A DNA stretch of 64,000 bases from assembly GCF_009914755.1 (NCBI RefSeq), contig NC_060928.1; one strand, written 5' to 3'. The translations under genes were made by a program, and so were the position numbers. Positions within the stretch are counted from its first letter, which is position 1. Every line of letters starts with the position of its first letter. The notes below the pieces were generated by a model. It saw only the letters and a list, made by a program, of their open reading frames with translations, was not told the DNA's origin and searched no databases. Of the stretch, positions 12,736 to 26,549 are shown piece after piece. Origin of the DNA: the human T2T-CHM13v2.0 reference genome, Homo sapiens.

Positions 12736-12919
12736 TAGCCAATCAATTTTTAAGAGTTTGATTCACTGCTTTAATTGTCCAGAAGGCTGAAATTTATAGC
12801 AATTTGCAAATTTTTGCAAACTTATTATAAAACGGTAGGAATTAAATGACTTCCTCTGCTCTAGTCAGTGTGTTCTGGTATCCCAAAATTATTAATTATG
12901 TTTATTAAGAGAACATTTA

Positions 12920-13316
<397 letters not shown>

Positions 13317-13707
13317 TCACACACAATACAATTGGATAATTTAGCTCTATGAAAACAAATTTAGCTCTATGTTACCCAAAATTGGATAACATTAGCTCTA
13401 TAAAACCCAACTGTCAAACAGCTTCCATCAGGTAACATTGGTCAGTGAGAATTTCCTGTGGTTATCCTAGGAATGGCCTGCAAAAAAATACTGCTGACAA
13501 ATAGCATATCTTTTTAATATATCTTGAATAATTTTTATTATTTTTGGTAGGCATAGTAAGAGCTTATTGTTCTTAAAATCCTTCTTTTATTCAGTTGATT
13601 TGTTGATGATAAAATACTAGTGAAGTAAATAGAGATGAAGGTATGGGAAATATTTTTAGGTAATTCCCATAGTCTGGTCAGTTGTTTGTTTGTTTGTTTG
13701 TTACCAT

Positions 13708-13921
<214 letters not shown>

Positions 13922-14235
13922 TAATCAATTTTTTCTTTTTATTTTGTGAAGCATTTTTTAATGGACAAAAGTGTATTATTAGATTAAATAGGGAGCTTCT
14001 AAATTCTACCATATTTCAACAGAAGCTTTTGCAGGTCTATCCCAAAAAATTATTACCTTTAGAAACTTTATCCTTCTGCCCTATGTGAGCTCTCCAATTA
14101 ATTGCTGATATCTGAGAAGGCGATTGTAAAACCGCTGACAATTCAACTATCACTTTTTCAGGAAATATCTTAGTTATCATTGAAGTAAAAAAAGTCATAT
14201 TAAAAATGTGGTTCTGTTGCATGACAGACACTATA

Positions 14236-14256
14236 TGTGTGTGTGTGTGTGTGTGT
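14236..14256. repeat. (TG)n microsatellite
   Basis: About 10 TG units. Confidence 0.9.
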
Positions 14257-16298
14257 ATATAAAATCCAGAACCAAGAATTACAGCTCTAGTAACTGCTAT
14301 TCACTCATCTTTTTGTGTAGACTTAATTCCAGACAAAACATATAATTTATTTATTTTTATCAAATATGTATTTTTATTAGAAGTATGGGGATATTATAGG
14401 GTAAGCACTGGCTTTATAAATTATTCTTTGGTTTCATAAGTTTTTATAACCACTTTATTCTCTTTAAGCTCTCAGCAAAAGATATTGTTTTACATATGGC
14501 CATATATTATTCTTCTGCTATACTGTTTTCATTTGTTATATATCTCTAATTAAGCCGGTATGAATATTCCCTACATCAAAGCAACGCATCAGTGTGATTC
14601 AGTTGGGGTACTGAAGAGTATGAGACGGCTACTTTCTTCAATAACCCTTTTCTATCAGAAGTCAAATGCATAGTGATCAAATCAGCTGCCATTTTCCAAA
14701 GGAGCTCCAGAACAACTCCATCTGGAGTAGAGAATATGGTAGACTTTAAATTTCACAGCAGGTCTTTTTCAGTTGATTTGTGAAAGAATTAGGAGAACGT
14801 AAGAACACCAGTTCTTCAGTCAGATACTCTGTGTGAGAACTGCAGAGGAAAAGGAATAAGCCAAAGGCTGACCCAAAATACCAACAATCTGTGTTGGTCT
14901 ATTACCAAACAAAAAGGAAGAAAATTCTGAGAAAATTGCAAAATATATAACATCAGTATTTATCTGAAAGAGTAATGCTAGATTAGCCTGAGGAAAAGTT
15001 ATTGACACATATGGTTCACCCGTTCCCACCTATGACATTCCCTCAACTTGTCCATTTTGACCCATTTTCTAGCTAAAAGTTTTGTCTTTCTAGGAATTTC
15101 TAATTATTTTATCCCTGAAAATATTGGATCTTCCATAGTCTCTTTCTACAATCCCTCTTTAAACATCCTGGCTTCTTGCAATAGTGGCATTCAGTTTTTC
15201 TTTCTTCCGTATTCCTTTTATAGGTTGGATACAGTAGGAATTATTCTCTTGAGTAAAATTTTAACTTAACAGACGAACATAGCAGTCTTTATTTTTTATT
15301 TTTTTAAATTTTCTTTAGCTTGTTCCAAAACTGAGTAGATAAATATAATATTTGAGTAACAGTTTGTCCTGGCCATCCTAGTACCTATTCCTTAGAATGC
15401 ATGTTCTGGGATGTGGACAGTTGGCAAGAGAGCTAACACAAAATTCTAGTTGCTGAGACTAGAATGTGATTTCAACTTGTGCTCCCGTCTGAGCCAGTGA
15501 ATTGTGAGAAAACCTAAACACACTGGGGGTGGCTATCAATGAGGCGCTCCCATGCTGTTTGGGTATACCACTGCAACTTCTCTTAGCTTTTCTTTAGTGG
15601 AAAGGCTTCAAGTATGTCCATTAGCAACCCTTCTCAATGGGTCTCTCCATGCATCTCTAATATTCATAGTTTTTCTATACGTATGGGAATAATCACTTCC
15701 CTTTTCCCTAAGTCAGTTTAAGGCAAGGAGGGATACAGATAAACAGCAAAAGTAGAGGGAGCAAGGATACCTGAGAAAAAAGGAGGAGGATTGTCCAAAA
15801 AGGGAAATGACTTTCATTCTCACATTTTCTGTTCCACTTTTTGAAATATTTTATTTTGGCTATCCAAATTATTTTTTTTATTAGAATGACAGTCATTCCG
15901 TAAATACTAGTAATACATTTGCTTGGGATAAGGCTTGTCTCAGGGCCCTGGCAAATACATAAATTTATTCAAATCCAAAGAACCATTCTTAGGCCATTGC
16001 AAGACCAGATTCTCATATATTTATTCCAAATGCAACAGAGAGGAGATAATACCCTTTAAGGGGAAGATCTGAAGGCAAAATTCAGACCCCACAATTCAAA
16101 ATTTAGACCCCGCAATTCAAAAGTAAAATTTGAATTGGAGAGGGTGGTCCATTCAGCTAATATTCCAAAAGAGTAGATATCTAAAAATGAAACTTTTTAT
16201 AATCCAGGGCCTTTTACCTGACTGTTGCATAGCCACAGACCTTCAACTGGTCTACTCAATTCAGGCACTGTTCAACAACCTGTATTTCTTTCTGGAAT

Positions 16299-16936
16299 TG
16301 TTGCATTTCCATAATGATAAAAAGAGAAAGAAAACAGTTTTATTATTGAATAATCATTAAGCCACAATGTGATGTGCACCACAGGCAATCCACTTAGAGA
16401 TCTCAAAAACAGAAAGGAATTACATCCTTTTGTCTAGCCAAGAAGATACAACCCATTACATACATGCTCTCACGGTAAACAATAACTAGTGCTCAAGTAA
16501 GAGGACTTAAATGCACCATTTGTCATACATAGTTTATACTAAGTTCACTTGGCAATTGGGTTGAGCATCCATGTTAGCTAATTCACTTTATCTGAAAAAA
16601 AAATTTTTATCTTTATGGTAAGAAGTAGTTTTAAAACTTGGAGTGAAAAGTCCTCTGAATTTAGGCCCCTACACTCTCACACATAGTAGAAGACAGGGGC
16701 ACTATATTCCTTGGTGATTATACTTCAAAAAGATGGTTCCTGGGTCCTTAGGAAAGGCAATCTTGAGTCCTGAAGTTGGCAAGAGACTTATTTAACTTTT
16801 AAAACAGTTTAATATACATTTTACAGAAAGAGAGAATGTACAGGTTTCCTGAAGCAAGTACTCCAAGAGAATTTTTTTTTTTAGTTTCAACAGGAAGGAT
16901 TAAGCCTCTTATTTTTAATGTTTGTTTTCCGTTACA
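16299..16936 (-). mobile_element. MER67-like ERV1 solo LTR
   Basis: Collinear with the 5692-7457 LTR; ends aagcctcttatttttaatg...gttaca. Confidence 0.75.
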
Positions 16937-16939
16937 AAA

Positions 16940-17878
16940 CGCAAATCTAATCTGTTCAAAACTGAAATCCTCATCCTCTCCTTAAAATCTATACAGCCAC
17001 AGTTTTCCCAAATTCAGTTAATGGCAATTCCATTTTTCTCCCAAATTTAAAACACCTAAATCATTTTCTGTCTTTCTTCCTCAATAGACTTTACTTTCAA
17101 AAGATACCCAGAATCTGACCACTTATTATTACCTCCACTGATAACACTGGACTAAGCCACTTTCATTCTCGTTGAAATATTTTATCTTCTTACTGTTTCC
17201 AATCTTAGTTCCAACTTTGGCCCACTCCCCCAAAGTGCAGCTACATTCTACTTTTAGTGTGGCAGCCAGGCTAATTCATTTAAAATAAAAATCAAATCAT
17301 TTTTCTTCTAGTCAAAGTGCTGCAACAGCTTACCAAAATCATCCAAGTAAGACACTAGGCACTTAAAATGATCCCTGAAATTCTGTATTATCTGCTTCTT
17401 CATACTATTATCTTTCTAACTTTATTGCATAGTTATCCTCATCATTCATTCTGCTGTAGACACAGGCTGACATCCCTGCTGTTACTTTTATATGCCAATC
17501 ACTCCTGAGCATTATAGGTGTTCACTGCTTTTACTTCTGCCTGGAATGGAATGTTCACCTCCCAAGTATCTGCATTTCTTTATCACCTTCTTTAGTTCTT
17601 TCCTCAAATGCTACTTTTTAGTGAGAACTTCTCTGGCCACCCTGTTTAAAAATAAAAGCCCCCTCCACTTCTTATCTTCCATAACTGTTTTTCTGATTTT
17701 TATTTTCTTCTTGTATAATTTATCACAATTTCTTATTCTTTTCTCCTCACCCATAAAAATAAATTTTCCCAGTGCAGAAAATGTTGCCTGTTTCAGAAAC
17801 CATATTTGCAACACCAAGAATGCTGCCAAGAATACAATGGCATTCAATATATGATTATTGAGTAAATTAATGAGTGAC
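16940..17878 (+). mobile_element. L2a 3' fragment
   Basis: ccagaatctgaccactt...ctgcctggaat...tcctcaaatgctactttt...attcaatatatgattattgagtaaattaatgagt (L2 3' end). Confidence 0.8.
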
Positions 17879-20029
17879 TGATAGTAGTTATTGTTTATTG
17901 TGCATAGTTTCTGTATTATTTATATGTTATTTTATTTTTATTTTAATAGTAACACTGTGATAATGGTTTAAATACAATATTTTTCTAACCATTGTTCCTA
18001 ATTTCCTTCAATAAAAATTAAGAAATCATAAGAGTGGACTAATTTGGTGTCTAAACATATTCTATTTCAGAGCCCACAGAAATTTATCTAACACCCTTAA
18101 CCTTGGATAAACTCTCTAGGCTCCATAAGTTCTACCCTCTCCATGAAATTTTTCTGAGTTGTCTTTCTCCATGTTCCACCCAAGCAAAGTTAGTCAATTC
18201 AGTCCTTTGTGCTCCTACAGCATTTTGAGATACATCTATAATTGCACTGATTAACTTACATTATCATTATGAGCATTTTTGCCGCATTAATATGCAGACC
18301 TTCTTAATGACAAAGTATACTTTCCTATATTTGCATTTCTAAAATCAGACATTTTCAGTGATGTATCTAATTTGTAAAGTGAGAATTTGTGCTGGACTTC
18401 CGCAATTTTTTTCTTCTGACCACATGTAATATGTATTTAAAAAAGAGAACATTTGGTTAACCTCCTAAATTCTTTTTCTCATAATAAAAGCTAATTTGTG
18501 CAAATTTTGAACTCAAGTAGTAGCTATAATAGACTCTCAAAAGAGAATGAAAATTAAACAAAATAATTTTAAAAACACATTGGTAATTTGTACACAAAGC
18601 TCTCTAAATGTCCAAAATATTCAATTAATATAGTCAATTAAAACCTCAATTTGTTTGTTTTGCACGTTGTCTACTCAAATTTCTAACACATATAGATTCA
18701 TAGCAAATTTTTTTTGGCAAGATTAATTATTAAATATAAGTTCTATGAAAATGGTACGTTGTGGGTTATCTTGATTAAGCAAAGTGATAAATATCATTAT
18801 CTAAAAAGTATTCATCTGGTCAAGAAATATTGATCCTCTGTAAGATACATGGATACATCATAGGATACCAGAGATACAAAGGTTTTAATATGCATCTTTT
18901 CAAAATGTAAATGTAAGTGGTTTAAAGCATTCAAAGAATGTACACATTTTATCAGAAAACATAATTTCTGTCAATGAGTAGAGAGATATAAAAAAGCTAC
19001 CTCTACAGCTCAGTGGTGAGATATTCATAGAAAATTGACTCTGCTTTGAATCTGTTTAAAATGATAAATATAAAAATAGATTATATAATAATAGTAAAAA
19101 TATTTTTATAAGGTGCCCTTTTGTACATATTTAAACCTGCATTTATTATTTCAGCCCATTAATTCAGTGTATATGTTTGTACACTGACAGTGTGACAGAT
19201 ATTTGGCCATGCATAAAAAATTCTAATTAAAATCAATATGATGTGAAATAATTTTATTTAAAATATCATATTACTTAAATATAAAAAGCTTAAATTAGAA
19301 GAATAAGCTATTTCATAAAATATAATCTATATCATAATACTCATCAAACCTAGAATCAAAATATGCATAGTGAATGTATATGATATAAAATAAAATTGAA
19401 TGAATCTAATCGCATATAAAAGCACGTTACACTAAGAACGCAGGCTTTGATTCCCTTTTAAACATCATTTCATTTTATAATCTACACATCAGAAAAGAAG
19501 AAAACTCTAAAGAAAGTAAATGCCAGTTAGAATCACTAAACTGAACATTACCTCAACAAATTAAACTTTGCCTACTAGCACAATAACTTTCAATTCATTT
19601 ATTATTTCTAATTTTACTAATTAACCTGGGATACTACAGAATATAGGTTATCTCAATTATAGAGGTGTGGTTTTTATTATCATTTCATTATTATTCTATA
19701 CTAATACTACTAATACTAATACTTATATCTATATATACTATATCTATATATAATTCTAATAACATATATATGTTAATATTTTTCAAGAATAGTTTTGACT
19801 CATAATCGTTACTAGATATTTCTCCACTAAGAGCCCATTTGCTAAGCGTATTTATCTAGACTTCAAATTCATCATTAAATTTAATACAATTTCAAAGACT
19901 GAGATTGTTATAATCCCAAAATGAAGGGCTATATGTTAAAAAAAAATAAAATGAACAAATGAAAGCCATGTAACCATAACTTTTTCTATCCCCAGATGCT
20001 CCAAGGGAGCACTGGAAAAAGCATTTATG

Positions 20030-20230
20030 TGTGAGGACTTTGTATTCCGAGCACTTCTAGTCATCGTTCTGTCATTAGTAGACATGCAAACTTTCTAAAC
20101 CTTACTTACATTCTGTTTACTTTGTGGGCAGTAGTAGAATTAATAGGGTTCTTGTAAACAGTAAATAAGAAAATTTACGTAAAATTCTTAGTTAAGTTTT
20201 ATTTTCATACTGTAATGTTCAACAAAGTTT
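20030..20230 (+). mobile_element. MIR SINE (degenerate)
   Basis: taatagggttcttgtaaacagtaaataagaaaatttacgtaaaattcttag resembles the MIR 3' half. Confidence 0.45.
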
Positions 20231-21532
20231 GGGGAAAAACTCTCAAACAACAAATTATATATTTCCAAAACCTGATTATTATTGTTTTTAAATGTCAGTG
20301 GACATTTCCCAGCCTTACAAACTTAAAATTCTAGTGCCTTTAATGTCTTCCTATATCCTCCACTACCAGATTAAATGACTTTTTATTCTCATTACAATTA
20401 TTCTCATTATCTCATATCCCATCAGACAATACCAGTTGTCAACAATTTTGAGAATCAATTTCTCACTCTAGCGTTCAAGTCTCCAAGCTAACATTAAGCT
20501 TCTTCTTCTGATACTCCTATAATTTGTATGGCTTGACTACTGCCAATGCAAACAGAATGCCTGTCCAAGCTTTTGCTTTTGTGCATGTTGTTTCATTTCT
20601 CTGAAATGCGTTACTCTATTTTCCTATGTGAATTATTATCCCTTCCAAAAACATTCTTGCTGATATTCCCACCAACACCCTAATCTATTACAATCTTATC
20701 TATTAAATTTTGTTTGTGACTATTATATGGCTCTCCCTTGCATTATAGTAATTTGTTTTTATTTAATTCCAAATATTGGATTGTGGTTTCTCAGAATAGC
20801 AGTGTCATGTATTACTAATCTTCTTATTTTATGCATTGCAAAGCAGAAAGATGTAGATACCACAGTTGATTGGGAATATTTTCTAATTTGAACACAGAAC
20901 ATGCCCTCTTCTGTTATACACACTGTAATAAATTAAAATTAAATAAAGTGACACAAAATTTAGAAACTTATTTGTGTTCCTTCAAAATGGGAGTTGATTT
21001 ATATTAGTGCATTAAGAAATTGGAATGAAAAACTGTATTTTTTAAACAAATAAAATAAAAAAGATACTCAAGCACAAAAGCAAATCTTCATGGACAAGAA
21101 ATGCAATGTTGCATTACATGTTGGAGTCATCTGTGTGTGGCAGTAGATAGAGATGGATAAAAGTTCGCTTATATAAGAAATGTGTAGCACAAATACCCCA
21201 AATGCAAATTCAAGTGAAAGATTTAGTCTCACCACTATATTCTCATTAAATGGGTCGTTATAGTAAATGAGTAAAATGAGTCATTACAGTAAATGACTAC
21301 TAGAGGTCATGCCTTATGCAAATAAGGCCTAAAGGCATGGGTACAACACATACTATGCTGTGTTACCCACTATCTGTGTACTCATTATGAAATATATCCA
21401 ATATCGTAATGTGGCAGTGGTCCTAACCAACTTAAATGAGCCTAGGTTTAGAAAGGAGATACCCACAAGAAAGTAGGATCATAATATATGCAGGAGCTGA
21501 AAAGTGTGGCTGAGAAAAGAGGGTGTGAGACA

Positions 21533-22397
21533 TGTAAGCCAAAAAGTATGTGGGACAAATCTCAATTAGTTGAGGAGTTGATTTTACCATGGTTAAGGAT
21601 ATTCCCATGACACAGCCTTAGGAGGTCCTGAGAACATGTGCCCAAGATGGTTGGGTTACAGCTTGATTTTCAATGTTTTGAGGAGATAGGAGTTACAAGC
21701 AGATATGTAATGTCTGACACATACATGTCAATACATGTAAGGAGTACATAAGGTGTATATTGGTTTGGTTGGTAAAGGTGGATTCAAAGATTTTTTTGTT
21801 TGGCAATTGGTTGAATGAGTTAAGTTATTACCTAAAGACCTAGGATGAATAGAAAGGAATGTAGGGTTTAATATAAGGGGTTGTAGAGACCAAGGTTCTT
21901 ATTACACAGATGAAGCCTCTGGGTAGCATGCTTCAGAGACAATAGGTGGTAAATATTTCTTAGACTTAAAAAGGTGCCAGACACTTAGCTAATCTCTCCT
22001 GGATCAGAGTAAGTCCTAGGAAGGGAAGAGGATTCCCTACCAAATGTAGATATCCTCCCGCCAGGAGACAGCTTTGCAGGACCCTTTTGGAATACATCAA
22101 ATAAATATATTTCAGGGTAAAATATTTCCATTTTTTTCAAAGTCTGCTATGTGTTATTTTGTGGTACATCTTATAGCTACAAAGAATTGGTTTGGTCAGT
22201 CTTAAGATATCTGTTTTAATGTTAATTCTGCTCAGCTGTACCTGAATTCCAAAGGGCATAATAAGGTCTGTCTGAACCCCATTCCCACTTCCCATCATGG
22301 ACTGAACTAGTTTTTCAGGTTTACTTTGAAATTCCCTTGGCCAAGAGGGCATCTATTCAATCAGTTGAGGGACTTACAATTTTATTTTTGGTTTATA
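21533..22397 (-). mobile_element. MER4 (MER4D/E-like) ERV1 solo LTR
   Basis: gacacagccttaggaggtcctgagaacatgtgcccaag...attttatttttggtttata are MER4 hallmarks. Confidence 0.88.
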
Positions 22398-22599
22398 GAG
22401 AACACATCAAATGAACCTGTAGAACCACTTGGCAAAGTGATATATAACCGTAAGAAAGATAGCCAAATTCACAATTAAAAGATGAAACAATTCTGGATAA
22501 AATTAAACACAACACATGAAGCAATGTTAAATTGTATATTAATAAACTCCAAATAGGTAAAGAACAAGCAATTGCTTTAAATTGGCATGTATGCATTTA

Positions 22600-22840
22600 T
22601 TTTTTTTCTTCCTTTATTTATTTTTATAGATATAGGGGAAAGAAGTACAGTTTTGTTACATGGATATAATGCGTAGTAGTGAAGACTGAGCTTTTAGTGT
22701 AATCATCACCTGAAGAGTGTACACTGTACCCATTAAGTAATTTCTCATCCTTCATCCCCCCTTACCCTCCCACCCTTCTGAGTCTCCAATGTTTATTATT
22801 CTACTCTCTATATCCATGTGTAAATTTGTATATTTAGTGT
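22600..22840 (-). mobile_element. L1PB-type 3' end fragment
   Basis: T tail then ttttgttacatggatataatgcgtagt...ctgagtctccaatg. Confidence 0.8.
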
Positions 22841-23059
22841 CTTAATGAATGTATAAGCTAGGTATACATTTTATAATAAAAACACATATTGGCATGTGGT
22901 CAAATGATGACACTAGGAGATGTTCACTGAGCACAATAAAAGACTGTAAATTTAATAAGAAATGTAAACCTGAGGGGAAAAATTCAGAAGTCATTGATGA
23001 AGCAGGAAGAAAACGGCAGAAAAGGGGATAAAAGGAAAGATTAGAAAATTGACGAAAAG

Positions 23060-23269
23060 TGAACAAAAAATAAATAGTTATATATATAATGTTCACACTA
23101 AATGTAAATTAATTAATTGTAAGTCCTGATTAGAGTAAGAAAGATTCTAAAGATCCTCTGATATACTGCTTATAAGCAGCACAACAGAACACACACATAA
23201 ACATACACATGTGGACTGGTGAAAAATAAAAGGATCAGAAAAATAGACCAGGCAAATTATAACTAAAAG

Positions 23270-23304
<35 letters not shown>

Positions 23305-23560
23305 TTAACAAAATCCATTATAATAGGTAAAGATGAGACACTGAATAACAAATGAGGATGCCACATAGAAGATAATAATAACCATATAAATCTATTAATG
23401 GGAACAATGTAACATGAAAAATACAGTAAAAAAAAACAAAATCTGTCAGCATTAAAGAAATTGAAAAAATCACAATCAGAGTAGGTGATCTAAATATGCC
23501 TATTTAAAAACGGACAGAATATTACGCAAAGAAAGTTATTGAAAAGGATGATAAACATCT
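23060..23560 (+). mobile_element. Ancient L1M ORF2 endonuclease-region fragment with (CA)n at 23273-23302
   Basis: cacactaaatgtaaat...tatactgcttataag...aaaatagaccaggcaaat. Confidence 0.6.
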
Positions 23561-23569
23561 ATCCACTAA

Positions 23570-24060
23570 ATTACTTGTGGTACACCTCAGTAAGAAGTTA
23601 ATATTTGAGCAAGGACTTAAAAAATGACAGAGCAGTTTATGTATAAAAAAACAAGTTAGGCAGAAGTGCTAGCCAGTGCAAATGTCCTGAGTAAATCATG
23701 CTTATTGTGTACCAGGAATAACAAAGTCATGAGTGAGGCCGAAGGACAGAGGGAAAGGGATGAGGCCAGAGAGGCAATGGGTATGGGGAAGGGAGATTTT
23801 GAAATCTGATTGGAGTAGATCCAAAAGTGATAAGAGGAAAATTAGAGCAATGCCTATAGACACTTCTTTCCATGAGTTGCCTTGTGAAGAGGAGCAAATA
23901 AGATGGCAAAAGCTTGAAGAAAAAGTATGGTAAAAAGACATTTTTTCATTGTTTGTTTTTTATTTTGTCAGACATAAGAAATAAAAACATGTTTGTCCTG
24001 AGCAGGAGAGGATGGAATGCAGTGACCCTGTGGAGAAAGCAACCTGAAGTCAGAGCTTGA
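23570..24060 (-). mobile_element. L2 fragment
   Basis: atttgagcaaggactt...agccagtgcaaatgtcctgag...tagacacttctttccatgag. Confidence 0.55.
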
Positions 24061-24497
24061 ACAGCAAGTAATCAGTGAAATTAGAAATAATTTTTTAAAA
24101 ATGTACATTTGATTACATAGCCAGAATCAGGCAGGGGAGCCTGGATCATTAACAGAAACCAAAAGAAACCTGATACATGTAGTATAATTTGTATATATTC
24201 TATACATATGCTATAAAAATTGTTGACCAGCTGGGGCTGGTTGTTACCTGCTCTGTCTTGGAGCTTTGCACAGTACTACATTAATCACCCTAGTATAGCA
24301 CTATATTGATCACTTATTAGTATATTTCATTTGGTTTGGGCAAAGTCAACATTATGGATTCAGAAATCCTTAGAAACAAGGACAAAGTTAGCTGCGATCA
24401 ATATTTGGCTGAGTACAAAAGTATAGCTGACATTATTTTAGTCTTTATGCACTATAGATCTTCCTTTATAATCCTCTTGAACCAGGAGCTTTAAATT

Positions 24498-24610
24498 GAT
24501 ATACATACATACAATTGTGTATGTGTATGTGTATGTACAAATGTGTATATATACACACACAAATATGTGTGTAAATATGCGTGTGTGCATATATATACAC
24601 AAATGTATAT

Positions 24611-24676
<66 letters not shown>
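24498..24676. repeat. Compound (TG)n(TA)n microsatellite and low-complexity tract
   Basis: Degenerate TA/TG run ending in ~(TG)17(TA)15. Confidence 0.95.
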
Positions 24677-24685
<9 letters not shown>

Positions 24686-24972
24686 TATCCCAACTTAAAG
24701 CACCTGGGTCAAGGTGTATCAACAATAATTAATCCTATCAGCCCAGACCACAAAATAACCCTGTTTTTGCTTGTTCTTTATAGAACATGAAAAATTAAGA
24801 AATGGCTAATGGCTAACTAGTCGTCTTCATTTAAACTTTAATTGAACATTTGTTTTATTTCTTGATAGAAAACTCTCTGATTGGCCATTAAGCCACCAAT
24901 AAAAATCTGCAAAAGTCATTAGCTGTAGTATCCTGAATAATGAACCCCCAAATTATCAGGTCCTAATCCCTG

Positions 24973-25417
24973 TGAAACCTACTTAATAGTCCCGTAGACA
25001 GTTTATTATTATTATTATTATTAACATAGAAGACACTACTGGTCTTAAAGCTTAAAACTTACATTTGTTTTATCTGAGTTCCTTCCTCAGGAAATGACCT
25101 TCAGGCCTCTCAAAAAAAGTATCAAATAACTGAAAATTATCTGGTGATCACCGCATCAGTTGCTGAACGACTAATTCATCATGATTGCTCTTTACCCCTC
25201 TCTTGTTCCTGTTTTTTTTTACACACCATTACATTTCTTCCCTATTATATAAATTTCTAGTTTTAGTCAGGGAGATAGATTTGAGACTGAGCTCCAATTT
25301 CCTCCACTACAGCACCCAATTAAAGCTTCCTACTTGACAGCGCTTGTTGTCTCAGTGATTGACTTTCTGTGCAGTGAGCAGTAGGTTCTAGACTGAACCC
25401 CTGGTGTTTTTGTAATA
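24973..25417 (+). mobile_element. MER31-like ERV1 5' LTR
   Basis: tgaaacc...gtcttaaagcttaaaacttacatttgttttatctgagttcc...gactgaacccctggtgttt.gtaata; ATTAAA poly(A) signal. Confidence 0.8.
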
Positions 25418-26143
25418 GATTTTAATTCCCTGACCAGGAACAAGTTGCTTGTGGCTTGAATGTCATGGACTGGCAGTCTCAGAATCCCTCCTAAGCAGCT
25501 GCCTACCCAGTTTTGCCCGGAGGTGATTTTCCATCTCTCTCTGGCCCTGCCACAATAGGTCCCAACCACGTTCCCGATTGCCTCAGAATAAATGCCTTTG
25601 AGATTTGATATCTACATCCGGGTAGGTGAGTGTCCTTTGTGGGACCAGATAGCAGGATCTACTCCTCTCAATTTAGGAAATTTTTAAATAAATTTCCATT
25701 TGTATGTTGAAAAAACTGAAATGACTGAAAGAGGAAAGCATCCTGACTGCTTCAGTATGGACATTCTTGTGGGCATTTTGTGTGTGTCTGGGCAAGTGAA
25801 TGTCTTCTGTGGATACCAGACAGTGGGATTGGCTCCTCTCGATGTGAGAAATGCTGAAGGAATTTTTGTTTGCAGGTTGATCGAGCCCAACCAATGAAGA
25901 GAGGAAACACCTTGACTGTTTTAGTTTGGACACTCTTGGGGCTTGTTTGTTGTGGCAGCAGTTGGATTGTGTTTTTGTGTGTGTTTGATATAGTCATGGA
26001 AAATTAGAATTCGGTAAACTGATATTCTTTTGTAATACTGCTTGTCCCCAATATTGTTTGGAACCTGAATATGCTGTTGAATTGGAAAGTAGGATGGAGT
26101 TCCATGTATCCAGGCTTTTGTGCTGCTGTTCTAAGCAGGGTCA
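25418..26143 (+). mobile_element. ERV1 internal leader (MER31-int-like) with tRNA-Glu PBS, 3' truncated
   Basis: taattccctgaccaggaa at 25423-25440 matches 15/18 to the tRNA-Glu PBS tggttccctgaccgggaa; donor-like AG/GTGAGT near 25625. Confidence 0.7.
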
Positions 26144-26320
26144 GGCTCAAAGTGCCATCATAGGTATCATTCTAGGGAGGCAGAGAGAGACTTGAAGCAA
26201 ATACAGAAAGGAAGACAATGTGAAGACGAAACAGATTTTAAAAGCTGGACTTCAATACTGGAGGGATACAGCCATAAATAAGGGAACACCAAATACTGGA
26301 ACAGGTGTGAACAGAGATAC
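26143..26320 (+). mobile_element. MLT1 (C/D-like) LTR fragment
   Basis: gggaggcagagagagacttga...caatgtgaagacg...cagccataaataaggga. Confidence 0.6.
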
Positions 26321-26549
26321 CAAACCCCACAGAAAATCAGATTGTCAGCTGCAGCTGCTACTTTATTTATGGAGACCATATAATTGTTTTGCTAGACTGT
26401 GGCGCTAGATCCAGAAGATAAAGAAACATTAATAGTACCTCTATCTCCACACCTCCTGCTCTAAGATGTTTCCTCCCTATGTGTCAAGGTTCTTGCTCTC
26501 TTTCAATAGACACAAAATCAATGTGTCCCATTACAGAAGCTAAAAGTTT

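Noticed and set aside
24438-24790. ORFs rich in YI/HT/CV repeats
   Set aside because: Translations of a dinucleotide microsatellite.
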